Assembly (NCBI GenBank): GCA_025603075.1
Contig: MU626325.1
Location: 40,645-104,644 of the forward strand
Length of the DNA stretch: 64,000 nucleotides
Source: Neoconidiobolus thromboides FSU 785
Lineage: Eukaryota > Fungi > Entomophthoromycota
Reading direction: 5' to 3'
Position 1 is the first letter of the stretch, and every line of letters starts with the position of its first letter. Shown in pieces: positions 26,810 to 39,753 of the stretch. Both the position numbers and the translations under genes were made by a program. The notes below the pieces were generated by a model. It was not told the DNA's origin and did no database searches. It saw only the letters and a list, made by a program, of their open reading frames with translations.

Positions 26810-28110
26810 ATATTAGCATTATTGAATATTTACCCTTTTAAATCCATGATTTTTATCAATATCATTAATATCATTTTGAGCCATATGAACTGAAAATAAA
26901 CAATTATCAAACATACCAACAATAGAATTAGCACACATCATATCAAATAAAAACCAACGTTGTCTTAATAAAGGAATATTAGCATTAAATATAGATACTT
27001 GAAATGGACGAAAATTATAAGGGTGACAGATAGTAATTAAACAATCTTCAATTATTAAAGAATTTAATTCCAAATCTTTTTTTTGATTTAATTGTCTTGC
27101 TTTTAAAGGTTCAAATTCTTCATCTGGATAAGTTACTTGACTTCGATCTATAAATTTTATTTAGAGTTGATTTTGTTTACATTTATAGTATAGAATTTAC
27201 CTATAACTCCCCTCATCCCTTTAATAAAACAATCTTTAACTAAACCTTTGCCTAAATAGAAATAATTGTTAACATCTTCTATCTCTTAATAAATCAATTG
27301 AAAAACTCTTTACCATCCAGCCATCTTATTAATGACAATGTAATTTCAATATTGTCAAAACTTAAATCCCAAATTGCAGGGGAATCAGGGTAAGGTAAAT
27401 TCATATCATTATCTTTTATTACGTTATATTGTAATTTAACTTGCTTCATACTGATTTTATTCTCTTTCCAATTAGGTACTATTGCATTTCCAATACTTAC
27501 TTCCATACCTATTTGTTTACTAATGATTTTACTTAAGGTTAAACGTACCCATTCTAATTATATAAAATATTAATAAAAATGTACAAAAATTATTACTATT
27601 ATAAATACATAATAATAATTAATTCAAATTACCTTGAAATTGAAAACTATTAGCAATAAATAAAAGAGTTGAAAAAAAGGTAGTTGTGCCAAGTAATATA
27701 AAAAATATATTGGATAAAAATAACCAAGAGAATAAAGCCATAAAATCATCCATACTCCAAGGTCGATTTGTTCGCATTAATATTAGTTTTATTTTAGACT
27801 TTATTTGCTGCCATCGAGTAATTGAAAGAGTATTATTATTACTGTTTAGTAGTACTTTTGTATTTATTTTTTCTATTGTTTTATTGTGAGTTGGCTCATT
27901 TGTTGTACTATATAATTGGGCTAATAACGGGGTACTACATTTATACTTTTTGTTATATTTTTTAATAGTATGAAAATAAATTTGATTGTATTTGTAATTC
28001 TAAAAATAAAAAATATAAATATATCACTCTGTTCTATTATATATTAAATACTTACCCAACCAAATTTTTTGAAAGTGGATGTAATTAAATTTGTTGCTTG
28101 AAATAATCTA
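25906..28110 (-). CDS. MDM31: Mitochondrial distribution and morphology protein 31/32-like, multi-exon (5' end uncertain)
   Basis: Exon peptides FRPFQVSIFNANIPLLRQRWFLFD, GMFDNCLFSVH and EGPFGWITSGRVDFDVDFMIP are characteristic of the family. Confidence 0.8.
26776..26808. repeat. (ATT)n microsatellite in an intron
   Basis: Direct reading. Confidence 0.8.
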
Positions 28111-28484
28111 TAAAATGAGAACATTAATTATATTCATTTTGTAGTTTTTTAAATTTTATTACATTTGTTAGTGTTTTAGAATTTGGGTTTTTTATAAGCC
28201 AATAATATTGTTTTTAGAATTCTGTAATTCTTTACTAAAAACTAATTGATTTTATCTAATGCTGGAATAACATGTGGGAATTAAAAAGAAATAAAATTGA
28301 ATTAAAGATGAAGAAATAAAATGAAAATGAAATTTAATATTATATTTATTCGTTAACGAAATATCTTAAAAATAATCAATTATTAAACAAATAAGTAATC
28401 GAAAATATTTTTCAAAATCAAACATATTTAATTTTATAAAAAGTGACTTGATAACTCTTCCCTTGTGCCTCTTCGAATTCTAAC

Positions 28485-29126
28485 TTAACACTTCTCACAC
28501 TTACGAATATCTTGTAGCCATTTCTCACACTTTCCATTTTCTTTTGTTCCCTCACAAATACATTGATCTCCTAAACAAACCCAACAAACATTTCCCTCTG
28601 GCTTCTCTACAGAAAACTCTTTATCTAACACTCGATTCCAACAGATATAATTAGATTTTGGACATGGATGACCATCGACCCATTTACATTTATTAATTAA
28701 GGGCTTAAAGTATCTTTGATTCCGATGAGAAGAGGTTTCGAATAGATTGTTAGTTTGGTGTAAAAATAGATTATGATTAAAACGGGAAGGAATTTCAATG
28801 ATATTATTAGTACTTAGTTTCAACTGTTTTTTCACTACTTTACCATCATAAGAACTAACTTTGTCTTCTTTTAAATGTAATCTATTTTTTTTTAGGCTAA
28901 AAGTAGATTCTTTTTGACTTTTAATTATATTATTAAATGAACTTAAATTTTCATTAGTTGATATTTCAATTGAGCTAGTTACATCTTTAAGGCTATTTCT
29001 AGTTTCAGATGTAAATGGAGTTTGCTCTGTATAAACTAAGTCTTCCAAGCTATTTACATTTGATAAGGTAGAAATCGATAGGCTTAAGATACTGATTAAT
29101 TGAGTCAATAATATGAGAGATTTCAT
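28485..29126 (-). CDS. Secreted protein with C-terminal 10-Cys domain, paralog 1
   Basis: Signal peptide MKSLILLTQLISILSLSIS; C-terminal CKWVDGHPC...KCEKC domain. Confidence 0.75.
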   Translation of the reverse strand: MKSLILLTQLISILSLSISTLSNVNSLEDLVYTEQTPFTSETRNSLKDVTSSIEISTNENLSSFNNIIKSQKESTFSLKKNRLHLKEDKVSSYDGKVVKKQLKLSTNNIIEIPSRFNHNLFLHQTNNLFETSSHRNQRYFKPLINKCKWVDGHPCPKSNYICWNRVLDKEFSVEKPEGNVCWVCLGDQCICEGTKENGKCEKWLQDIRKCEKC

Positions 29127-29438
29127 TTTTATCTAGTTATTTTTTAAATAGAATATTGTTGATTGAGTTCAATTTATACTTTTTCGAAATTGTAGTGTTA
29201 AAATTGAGTTATTTTAGTTTTCATTTGATGATCTAGCTGTTGATCGTTAGTCATTTTATTCTAAATTCTAGTATTTTGCCTAGTCTCAACTAAAGTTAAA
29301 AATTTAATGAGAAAATAAAATTTTAGTGTATTTTCTAGATCAATTTTCTTTAGTTTATAAAATAAAATTATTAACTCACTTCAAATTGTTATATCTTTTA
29401 AGTTTAGTAAGTAAAATTATGTTATTACTAACAGTAGT

Positions 29439-29544
29439 AATTGGGGATGTATTTCTGTGTTTAAAAATTTTACTAATAATTTTTCCACTTAAATAGTGCT
29501 TAAAAGATGGAAAAGTAATGAAGCCAAAAAAAACACTCCCGATT
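29439..29544 (+). mobile_element. MITE family A copy 9
   Basis: AATT/GATT flanks, TIRs, core. Confidence 0.85.
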
Positions 29545-29936
29545 ACTTTATTGACTTTTACTTTTTTTGATTAGTATTTAATTGTCAAAAAGTTAGGAAT
29601 GAAATACAAAAACGTGTTTTTACTGTTGTAGTTTGATATCCTTACTATATTTCCTATAGAAAAATTTAAAAAACATGAAAAATTTCAGTAACTTGAGTAC
29701 AGCTAATTCAGGAAAAATGATATATCTCTAGCTGGTTATTTAAGAATAAAAAGAAGCACCTTTAAAATGATCAAAAGATAAAAAGTGCTATTAAACATGT
29801 AGCATTAAACTTTAGTCAGAAGTAATACATTTAATAAAAGATAAAAAATGTAAAGACATGTCCAACTAATAAAAACGTATAAATTTAATGAAAAGCCCTC
29901 TTTCCCTTTCCTTTTGCTCCTCTTCTCTCTTTTCTT

Positions 29937-30455
29937 CTACTGCTTATCTTCACACTTTTCACACTTACGAATATCTTGTAGCCATTTCTCACACTTTCCA
30001 TTTTCTTTTGTTCCCTCACATGTACATTGATCTCCTAAACAAACCCAACAAACATTTCCCTCTGGCTTCTCTACAGAAAACTCTTTATCTAACACTCGAT
30101 TCCAACAAACATAACTAGATTTTGGACATGGATGACCATCGACCCATTTACATTTATTGATTAATGCTACAGCAGATTTACTCGGGTCACGAAATGGATG
30201 AGCTAAATCTTCAAGGTCATTTGGCGGATGAGGTTTAAAACCATTATGACTTGGTGCTGAGTCATCTGATTCATTATCAGCTTGGGGTCTAAAGTTATTA
30301 TGACTTGGGTTTGGGGGATCTAGTTGTTCATTTGGACTTTGATTGAGGATAACTTCGTTTGGGTTAGCTAAATCTTCTAGACCATTCGCATTTGATGGAA
30401 ATAAACTAATGCTCAAAACACTAGTTAATTGAGCTAATACTATTAAAGATTTCAT
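29937..30455 (-). CDS. Secreted protein with C-terminal 10-Cys domain, paralog 2
   Basis: Likely start is MKSLIVLAQL at 30455, matching paralog 1; Pro/Asn/Asp-rich linker; near-identical Cys domain. Confidence 0.75.
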   Translation of the reverse strand: MKSLIVLAQLTSVLSISLFPSNANGLEDLANPNEVILNQSPNEQLDPPNPSHNNFRPQADNESDDSAPSHNGFKPHPPNDLEDLAHPFRDPSKSAVALINKCKWVDGHPCPKSSYVCWNRVLDKEFSVEKPEGNVCWVCLGDQCTCEGTKENGKCEKWLQDIRKCEKCEDKQ

Positions 30456-31460
30456 TATTATTTTTATTTTTAATAAAAAATTATAATTTGATTTCATATT
30501 ACATTATTGGATTTTATACACCTTTTGGAAATTGTTATGTTTAAAATGAGTTATTTTTTGGCTTTTGGTGATCTAGGATTGATCGTCCAGATTTAAGGTT
30601 AGCGTTAAAATTGAAGTTTAAATTAATGAGGCGACTATTTTTTAGAGCATTTTTGAGTTTTTTTTGACTGAGTAGAAGAAATAAATTAGCATGAATTCTT
30701 TAAGAGTATTGCTATTTGTTATTTTTTTTTAAAATGTCTAAGGTTTTGTTTTGTAAACAATGAATTCTATCTATAAAAGTATAAAACTCCCCTTGTTATT
30801 ATTGTCATTCGATTGAAATGGAATAATAACAATAAAACTTCAATCGAGATTAAACGAGTTTATTTCGCTTTCTTTAATAGCATATACCAACTTTAAACAA
30901 AGCCTCAGCTATTAATTCACAGCAATCTGAATCGAAGTAATCCAAATAGCTACAATGGCACTGAAGTAATTCCTATACAATCTTTAAAAATACACATTCT
31001 AATTTAAAAATTATATAATTTTCTAAGTATTACAATTCTATAATAAGTATTTATCGCTTGTGTCACTTGATGTTGACTGATTATTCTACAAATTACACTT
31101 TAAGTTAATTGCTTAGTTGTTGTTTGTAGCTTAATAAGAGAAATCAAAAAGTATTTAAATACTTGAAAAGCTGAATTAAAGAGGAGATTTAAAAAATAAA
31201 ATTGTCACACACTAAGTTGATTAAAATTATAAAGTGCTTATTAAAAGCTATGTCTATGCTTACTTTTGTCTATAATTAAATTATTAAACAAACTTAACTT
31301 AATAATTATCAATTGTTTATATAATTTGTTTAGCAAGTTTAGAATAAAATCCAAATAAAATTCCATAAGCAAGTATAAATAAATTTTAAATATTTAATTA
31401 TCTAACTCAGAATATCAACTATTAAAACATATTTAAACTTTATTTGTCTTGATTTTAATA

Positions 31461-31562
31461 ACATGGGGGTGTTTTTTTTGATTTCACTTTTTTGATTTTT
31501 CACACTATTTAAACGGGAAATTTGTTAGTAAAATTCTTAAGCACAAAAATACATCCCCATAT
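31461..31562 (-). mobile_element. MITE family A copy 10
   Basis: ACAT/ATAT flanks, TIRs, core reversed. Confidence 0.8.
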
Positions 31563-32287
31563 AATGTAAGAAAGAAGTAATAAAGATTGAAATATTGAAA
31601 TTAAAAAAAAATCGAAATAAGAATTAAGTAACAATAATAATATTATAACAACTTTGGAAGCGATAGATTAGAATTGAAATAACTATTGAAACTTTTTACT
31701 ACTTTTAAAATATTAACTATTGAATATAAAATAATAAAGATCGAAGGCCGATGTATAATAAAAGTAGAAAAATAATTAAGTGATACTAATAAGACTAAAA
31801 CAATAATCTCAAAAATAATAAACTGAAATAGAAGCAAATATCAAAGTTGGTATTAATTTAAAGCAACAACAACTAGATACACAGGATACCTACAGTCTTT
31901 ATAGGCACTTTTAAATTATTATAATTTAAATAACAAAAGCAAATGAGATAATAAAATTAATAACTATAGTTTAGGATAGTTTATAATTTTCTATATTTAA
32001 CTCTTGTATTAATACAATTACTTTTTAATTCTATCAATATTTAGCAAAAAGTGAAAAAAATATTTCCAAAATCATTTTAAACTTTTGATTAAGTTACTAA
32101 GAAGCTTTTATACTCAAACAATTTTAATGCAATTTTTTTATTAAAAATATAAATATGTATTCTAAGGAATTTTTTACCATATTATGCTATTATTATAAAA
32201 TTTGATTTTATTTCTCTGATGTAAATAACTTATTTTATAAACTTGTATAATCTAGTCTGATTTAATTATACTAAAGTTTCTAATAGT

Positions 32288-32390
32288 ATATCGAGATGTA
32301 TTTCTTGTTTAAGGATTTTACTAACAATCTTTCTGCTCATAACCCTTGAAAGAGGGAAAAAGTGATGAAATCAAAAAAACATCCCCATAT
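32288..32390 (+). mobile_element. MITE family A copy 11 (at the Argonaute pseudogene truncation point)
   Basis: ATAT flanks; right TIR intact. Confidence 0.8.
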
Positions 32391-32396
32391 TGATTA

Positions 32397-33632
32397 TTAT
32401 ATTTTTTGACATGATTCATTTGTACATATTTTGGAATAATCCCGAGAACTGTCATACAATTGCTTTACTTCAGTATACAAAGGGATCATAGTATTTGGTA
32501 AAATAGAAAGAACAAGCTGAGGCCCCATTTGGTATAAGCTACCAGTGAGAATATATTTTTCTTTTAATGAGTTTTCAATGTTACCTTGTGGGTTAAAGTG
32601 ATTAGTCGGCGCTTGTTTCGAAAAAATACTTATCCTTGTGTCTATGGATGTGCTCACAAACTCTTTCATAAATCTTTGTATATCGTTTTCAGATAAAATA
32701 TTTAGATCAATAAAAGCTATAACGCTCCAAGAAATTAACTGGACTCCTCAAATCACTTTTAAGCCCCTCACATTCCAAGAGACATTATCTGGTGTAAGGA
32801 TTGAATTCTCATTATTATGAGGATGATAATTATTTTTAGGACCTGGTAAAACTCGCGCATCAAGATTGATCATTTCGTTTGAAAGTGAGATTTTAAAGTC
32901 ATCTAAAAATCCATTTTGGTCGTGTTTCAAAATTTTCATACTCTCATTCATTTTGTTGGCTCTTTCATTTGGTCGCTGGCAAGTAAGCTTGATCATATCA
33001 GAATTTTGCTTTTCATTTAACTTCTTTATGTATCTTTGTTCTGGAATGATTTTATAAACCTAAAAAGGTAGTTTGTTACCTTTTTTGTTGATGGTTGTGC
33101 ATGGAAAAAATGGAAAATGGAGACGAAGTCTATACTCGGCTTGAAAATATTGGGTAATTGAGATATCCTTTCTTGATCCTGTTTCTTTAAAGTAGCCATT
33201 ATCGGCTGGATGTTGAGAGATGCTTTGAATCTTAAATGCTCTTCTTGTATCATGGTGAGTTGTAGTCACAGCGATATCTTTTAAAAGCTTATATGATCCT
33301 AATCATACCCTTTTCTTGCATACTGCATCGGGAATCTTTGAGATCCTAACTTTTCAATAACTTAACTATAAAATTAACTAATGATATAGGTTGATAGAAG
33401 CATGTGGTAGCTGTGTCTATATTAATCAACATTTTTTGGATATTAAGTTTACAGCTTTTGAAGTATCCTTGTCAAATTTCCAAGCCATCATAGATTGCCT
33501 TTGAGTTCTCTGGTAAAACTCAATTTCAAATAAAATGATAAAAATCATCATAAGTCTTCCTGATTGACTACAATCTGGCCTATTTCAAAAGGATCGAGAC
33601 TCTGGAGTAGCATTAGATTGAATGATAGGCGT
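32397..33632 (-). pseudogene. Argonaute pseudogene (N-terminal stub, PAZ, L2, part of MID; no PIWI)
   Basis: Aligns by eye to 4074-5770. ATG replaced by ACG at 33632, an internal ~460-bp deletion, frameshifts and stops; homology ends next to MITE copy 11. Confidence 0.9.
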
Positions 33633-35308
33633 CTAAAATAAAAAACTAATAGATATTAAATTGATTAGAGGAAGTTTATACATTTAATAATGAAAGTTTG
33701 AAAAAGTGAAATACTTTTATTTTTCTAGAGAACGACTTTAAAAAATGAAAACCCAAGAGAAGCATGATTTTCTTTTATACTTGCTGTAACGCATTTTTTA
33801 ATTATATAATCACAGAAGAGGATGTTTATTATATCTCTATTTAATTCTTTTGATAACATATTTATTCATTAGATAAGCATATCATGTATCTTTTCCTTAG
33901 TTGATTTTCTAATAGATTGAATGCGTTTTAACTTTGATAATTTTTATTAACTTGATAATTTTTTTCTTATTCAATATTAATACTTTACTATGTCGATTAG
34001 TGTAGACCTTCATGAAAAGCCGATACAGTATCAAATTATTATAGTAATAAGGAAAGTAATAAAAGCATGCATTTAATGCTAATACTCATTCTTTTGTTAT
34101 GACATTTACTAATGCATATTTTGTCTAAATAAAACAATAAAATTTGACTTTTTTATTATAATTTTTCTCTATGATGCTAAATGTTATTTATAAGTAGAAT
34201 AATTTCATTTTTCTATTTTTAATCATATTTATATAAAAGCTCATGATCAAAATCACTTATTTGTAAATTGAGCTTACAGTTATTATAAAAGTCAGTTAAT
34301 ATGTCCTATACTACTTACTTATATACATCTTACACCCTAGAGTACTATACTTAGAACCCATTAACCTTATACATCAGCACATGGACAATATTTATAGCTT
34401 CGAGGATTTTCCCAATTACAAAAAGGCTTTCATTCTTTGTAAAGCGCTAGTCCCTTTCATAGAAGTATGAATAATATATAAAAGCTTTATAGCCCTTTGG
34501 TTTAAATTCAGGCTTCAGTTTCTATCCTTTCGATTGCACTATTCTATCAAGTTGAAAAGTAGCTTTTTGAAAGTTAAAGGTACAAAAAGTTCACATCTTC
34601 TTTTCATTTTATTATCAACAGGGGTCTAATAATATAGTTCTTATTTTAGCAAATCTTTTACACCTATGGTATATGTGCCTCAATCCAAGCATTCATATAG
34701 TTATATTTCATAGTAACAAATAGAGCGCTTAAAACTTTTACCTTGAAAAAGAATTGAAAATACTATTTAAAAACAACGAACATTAATCTCTTAATAGATA
34801 TTGCTGGATTGATAAAAGATTGATAAAAATTTGATTACTTAACATAATAATCCATGAATTCAAATATTAATGTTTTTTATTTTCTATCTTTTCGTTTTGA
34901 AAAGAGCGTTATTATGGTATTTTGTAACAAATGTATGATCTTGTATACAAACGTAACATATTATCATTAAATAATATCATAATAGTAATAGTTATAACTA
35001 GCTTACAAATTTCAGCACTTTATGTGCAATTGATTCAGTGAACAAGAATGAAATTTTTATACTTGTTTTTATTTTATGCAACAAACTTAATAGATAATAT
35101 ATATCCTTATAGATAAATTACATGATTTACTTGTAACATTATAATGTTTTAAAATAAATGAAGCTATAATCTTATATTTGATAACATCTAATAACAAAGT
35201 CAGAATAAAGTAGACCCCATACTTTTATATAAACTTTGGTAAAGTCAAGCGATATTAATATAACAAGACAAAATCAATATATATAAGGTTATTAACTGTA
35301 ATATCGTT

Positions 35309-35905
35309 TTAATTAGCTAAATGTTTAATGATTCTAGCTGGACTACCACCAACAACAACGTCTTTAGGCACATCTTTGGTAACCACAGCACCAGCAGCAA
35401 CGGTAGAACGATCGCCAATAGTAACTCCAGGGAGAACAATAGCACCTCCGCCAATCCAAACGTTATTACCGATTTTGACTGGTTTAGTATATATAAATTC
35501 CTTCCTTAAATCAGCTTCAATTGGATGTGTAGCCGTATAAATATGTACGTTCGGACCAACTAAAACACCATCACCGAATTCCACTGTAGCACTATCTAGT
35601 ATAGTAACCCCAAAGTTTAAAAGTAACTGTCCATGAGTAATAATATTATAACCAAAATCACAGTAAAAAGGAGTACATACGTGTGCCCTTTCTGTATCTA
35701 CCTTACCAAACAATGATTTTATTATTTCTTTTTTTTCTTTTTCTTTAGATGGTGATAAATTATTTAAGTTAAATATCTTTTCCTGGGCTATTTTTTGTTC
35801 TGCAAGTATCTCTTCATCATACCACACATATGGGTATCCTTTGTGCATCCTTTCTCTATGACTTAATTTCTCATATTCTTCTTTATCTTTAATATAGGAG
35901 TCCAT
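35309..35905 (-). CDS. Maltose/galactoside O-acetyltransferase, copy 2
   Basis: Intact 198-aa ORF, same length and motifs as copy 1; ATG at 35905. Confidence 0.9.
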   Translation of the reverse strand: MDSYIKDKEEYEKLSHRERMHKGYPYVWYDEEILAEQKIAQEKIFNLNNLSPSKEKEKKEIIKSLFGKVDTERAHVCTPFYCDFGYNIITHGQLLLNFGVTILDSATVEFGDGVLVGPNVHIYTATHPIEADLRKEFIYTKPVKIGNNVWIGGGAIVLPGVTIGDRSTVAAGAVVTKDVPKDVVVGGSPARIIKHLAN

Positions 35906-36584
35906 CAATGTTAAATTTGTAAACTAAACGGTATTTTAAAAATAAAAGCTAAAAAATAAAAAATTCTTATACTTGATTATCTCTTTTTATCAAATTATTT
36001 CAGATTAAGATTTTGAATAGCCATTAAATCTGATTAGTTATTGGCTTTAAAAGTAGGTTAACGTAATATAGATTAATAATGCATTTAAAGCTGTTTATTC
36101 TGGCTTGGTGTAATTTAGCTGGTGATAATGATACTTATTTGCTTCATACTTGAATTAAATAGAAGAGCAAATTTAAAAAACATTTGATTCTTTAATAAAT
36201 ATATTAATACAAAAGTATTAGTAATATTTCATAAACGATATTGCATTTAAAATATAATTAAACTTAAAGATAGTTTAAATCTGTATTGGTTGGAGTAAAA
36301 CAAACTTTTAAGCCGATAACACGTCATCTAACATTCCTAAAAAGTATAATTTTCTAATGAAATGCAGATAACAATAAAAAATTCTATAATAAAAATTAAT
36401 AGTAAAAGATATTCTTTATTAAACTATAGCCTTAGAAATGGGTGGTTATTGGTAATAATGGTTCCAAGTCCTGTACCTTGATATTAACCGAGATTTTGAA
36501 AGGATGTAATAAAAAAGTTTTCAATAAAATCTACTGAAAGCTTAATTTTATATTCTTGTAAAGACAGAGAATTGAGAAATAAAG

Positions 36585-36688
36585 ATATGGGAATGTATTT
36601 TTATATTTAAGAATTTTACTAACAAATTTTTCACTTAAATAGCACTTAAAAAATGGAAAAAGTAATGAAGTAAAAAACATCACCATAT
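36585..36688 (+). mobile_element. MITE family A copy 12
   Basis: ATAT flanks, TIRs, core. Confidence 0.85.
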
Positions 36689-37199
36689 ATATTTTTTAAT
36701 CTGCCATCTTATTAAAAAATGAATATATAGATTAATTTAACAATTCTAGTCAATTCTAGAAGAATGTTATAGTGAATGTATCCTATATGTAATACTAAGG
36801 TTTTCATATCTTCCGATTATAGTTAACTTTAAGAAGCTCATAAAATATACAATTGGACTGCAGTAGGACCTTTTTTTTAAATTCAAAATATTTTTAACAG
36901 AAATAGTATACTTTTAACTAGGAGCTTGAACATATAACTGCCAGGCAATTACGGTTTAAACACAGTAGACCATGACTTGACTCAGTTCCTTTTTTCCCGG
37001 TGTTTCAATATAATTCTCTTTAAACTCTTTTGATATATTTTTAAAATAAAGCTACAGCCTAAACTTACAAGGCGTGAATTCCCTTAAATAATATATTAAC
37101 TCCCTTTATACTAGGAATTAAAAAAATTTAATCAAAATCCAGTGGTAAGTTTTAAGTTGATACATAAAAATAACCTTCAGCACTTTTAAAATAAATAAA

Positions 37200-38503
37200 A
37201 GAACATTCAAAAATTTATTAGAAATGCAATATGGCAAATAGATGAAATGTTAAGTCGCTTTCATTTAATTTAATCAAAATTACTAGAAACAAAGCCGATA
37301 ATAAATAATTGAGTTGGATATAGTAAAATGCAATCTGATATCAAAAGCGCCAAAAAAATCAATGGAGAAGTTGTAAAACCCTCTTCTCAAACATTGTAAT
37401 ACATTAAGTTTTTTATAAACTACTTCATTTTCTTTAAACAACTCATCTGTATATAATAAATGATAACAGAATAGTAAATATATATCTGGTTTCCATCTTT
37501 TTTCTATATAATACTTATGTGCAATAATTCCATATTTTACATAATAAGCGATTCCACTATTTGGGAATTCTGGAATTTTAATCAATTTTTTTGAAATAAC
37601 AGGGAAAACTTTTACTGATTTAATAACTTCAAATCACTGGAATCGGTTTGGAGACTTGGTTCTCGGTTTTTGAATTCTTCATTTTTAAGCATCTTTGTGT
37701 TGATGCATTCAATGTTATACCTAACGAATCTTTGAAAGTAACCTAATAGTTGTAGAATGCCTAACTTTTTTTATAGTCTACCATATGCATCCCGCTTAAT
37801 TCTCCTAGATCACCAAAACATTTTACATTAAACCTACAGTCAGTTTCCTTAATTTCCATTGTTATATCGCGATTGAAATGTAATGTGCAATTAAACATAA
37901 TAGGGCCATATATACTCCCATGTATTTTAAGATTTAATGTTGTTAATCCCTTGAAAATTCTAAAGACATCTAACCCATTTAGGTATAGCTTAAAGTTTAT
38001 ATAAAATTTGAGCATTTTCGATTTACTTGGGTTCAAATACTTAGCAACGTTTTTAACTATTTATTAATTTCATAAATCCCGACAATTCAATTTTATTTAA
38101 ATAACTCTTAAACAATTCTAATAGTTCCTCAGCACTGCTTGCATCGATGATCACCTTCTTTGGTCCTAGTGGTTCGCTGGACAATATATACATGGTACTA
38201 CTATATCATTTTATATAATAAAAAGATATCAAATTTAGACAATTGTTTATGTATTTGATATCATCGTCAAAAAGATACAAACGTCTCATCAACATCTCAT
38301 TTTCTAAATAAGATTCTTTTAATAACCTTTAAGCCCTATAAGTCCATCATAAACCGAATGCATCAAGCTGTATTTGATAGCATTGCTCATTAACTTAGAT
38401 AAGTATTTATTCAAGGAAAGTGCTCAAATGAATTAGCTGGTTGTAAATACTTCAATATCTGCCTCAATACAATTTCAAGCAAAAATCTGAACTTTACTCT
38501 CAT
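37200..38503 (-). pseudogene. F-box gene pseudogene, paralog of 50690-51982 (3' end approximate)
   Basis: Shares the TTTCAAAATGAG start context and alignable N-terminus with the intact F-box gene; frameshifts and stops; track ORFs 37283 and 37761 are fragments. Confidence 0.65.
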
Positions 38504-38529
38504 TTTGAAATAAAATTGACCCAAAAGAA

Positions 38530-38632
38530 TAATGGGGATGTATTTTTGTATTTAAGAGTTTTACTAACAATTTTTCCACTCAAATAGTGCTTAAAAATGG
38601 AAAGTGATGAACCCAAAAAAATATTCCCAATA
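38530..38632 (+). mobile_element. MITE family A copy 13
   Basis: TIRs and core; ~27 bp upstream of the F-box pseudogene ATG. Confidence 0.85.
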
Positions 38633-39650
38633 TTAGTTTAAACTTACAAATTTTATTATAGCTTTATCAAAGTATGGTCAATATATGTGAAAGGTAAAAA
38701 TTATTGGTTAAGATGACATAGATATTGCTTTTAAAAATAATCTAATGCTTGGGTGAATACAAAACTCAGTCATTTAAAATGTCAAATATTCGTAATAGGA
38801 AAATATTCTAAATATTAGCAACTTATCAATATCAAGGGCATACGCTAATATTTTAAGAGGATCTCTAAAGTAGTATTTCTCAATCATTTAAGCCTGATCT
38901 ACAACAAGGGCAATAAAAACTACTTTTCACACAGTAAACCTAGTAAAAAAAACCTGCTAGTGATTAGCAGTTGGTACTCAGATTAAGTTGAAATAAACGA
39001 CAAATTCCTTTAAAAAATAAATCCTGGTTTTCCTTTATAATTTTGCAAAAATATTTTATGTGTGACAGCAGAATATTACTTTTAATAACATTTCTTTTGC
39101 TTTTCAAACTAATAGCTTTATTATCTATTTGATTAATAGAATTTTATTAAAGATTTTAGTCATTTTTTCTCCTCAAAGACTTAGAGGCCTGGAATGTTCC
39201 ATTAGTTAGAATAATAACATGTTACTAAGCCAGCCCCATCCTAATAAATCAAATCATCAATGATATTGTTTTTAAAAGGAAGAATTTAATTTAATTTATT
39301 ATTTCCTTTGATAGCGGCAAAAGCCAAGGTGTAATTTATTTCAGAATGTTTTCAAATTGATTAATTTTAAAAAGTACTACTAATTTCTTTACCATTACTA
39401 TTATTTAACAAAATTTAAAAATTGCTTATGATAGACTGTAGCTATTGATGTATAAAATATTGTTACTATCATATTTTTTGTTTATACTATAAATATCATT
39501 TTATGTCAATTTGAGTTTCAGGTGCATCATATACTATGCGCTACAAACAAGTCAAATAAATATTTAATAACATTTCAAAAAATGTTGCTCATATATATAT
39601 TGATTGAAATATAATATCAAATTATTCTAAGCTATTCTGTATAAGTGATG

Positions 39651-39753
39651 ATATGATAATGTTTTTTTAGTTTCATCACTTTTCGATTTTTCAAACACTA
39701 TTTGAATAGAATAGTTATTAGTAAAATTAAACAAAAAAAATATATCCTTATAT
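39651..39753 (-). mobile_element. MITE family A copy 14 (decayed)
   Basis: ATAT flanks, recognisable core, eroded TIRs. Confidence 0.65.

Noticed and set aside
34621-35218. GGGGTCTA...TAGACCCC as TIRs of a 600-bp element
   Set aside because: Only 8 bp match and the flanks (AACA/ATAC) are not duplicated.
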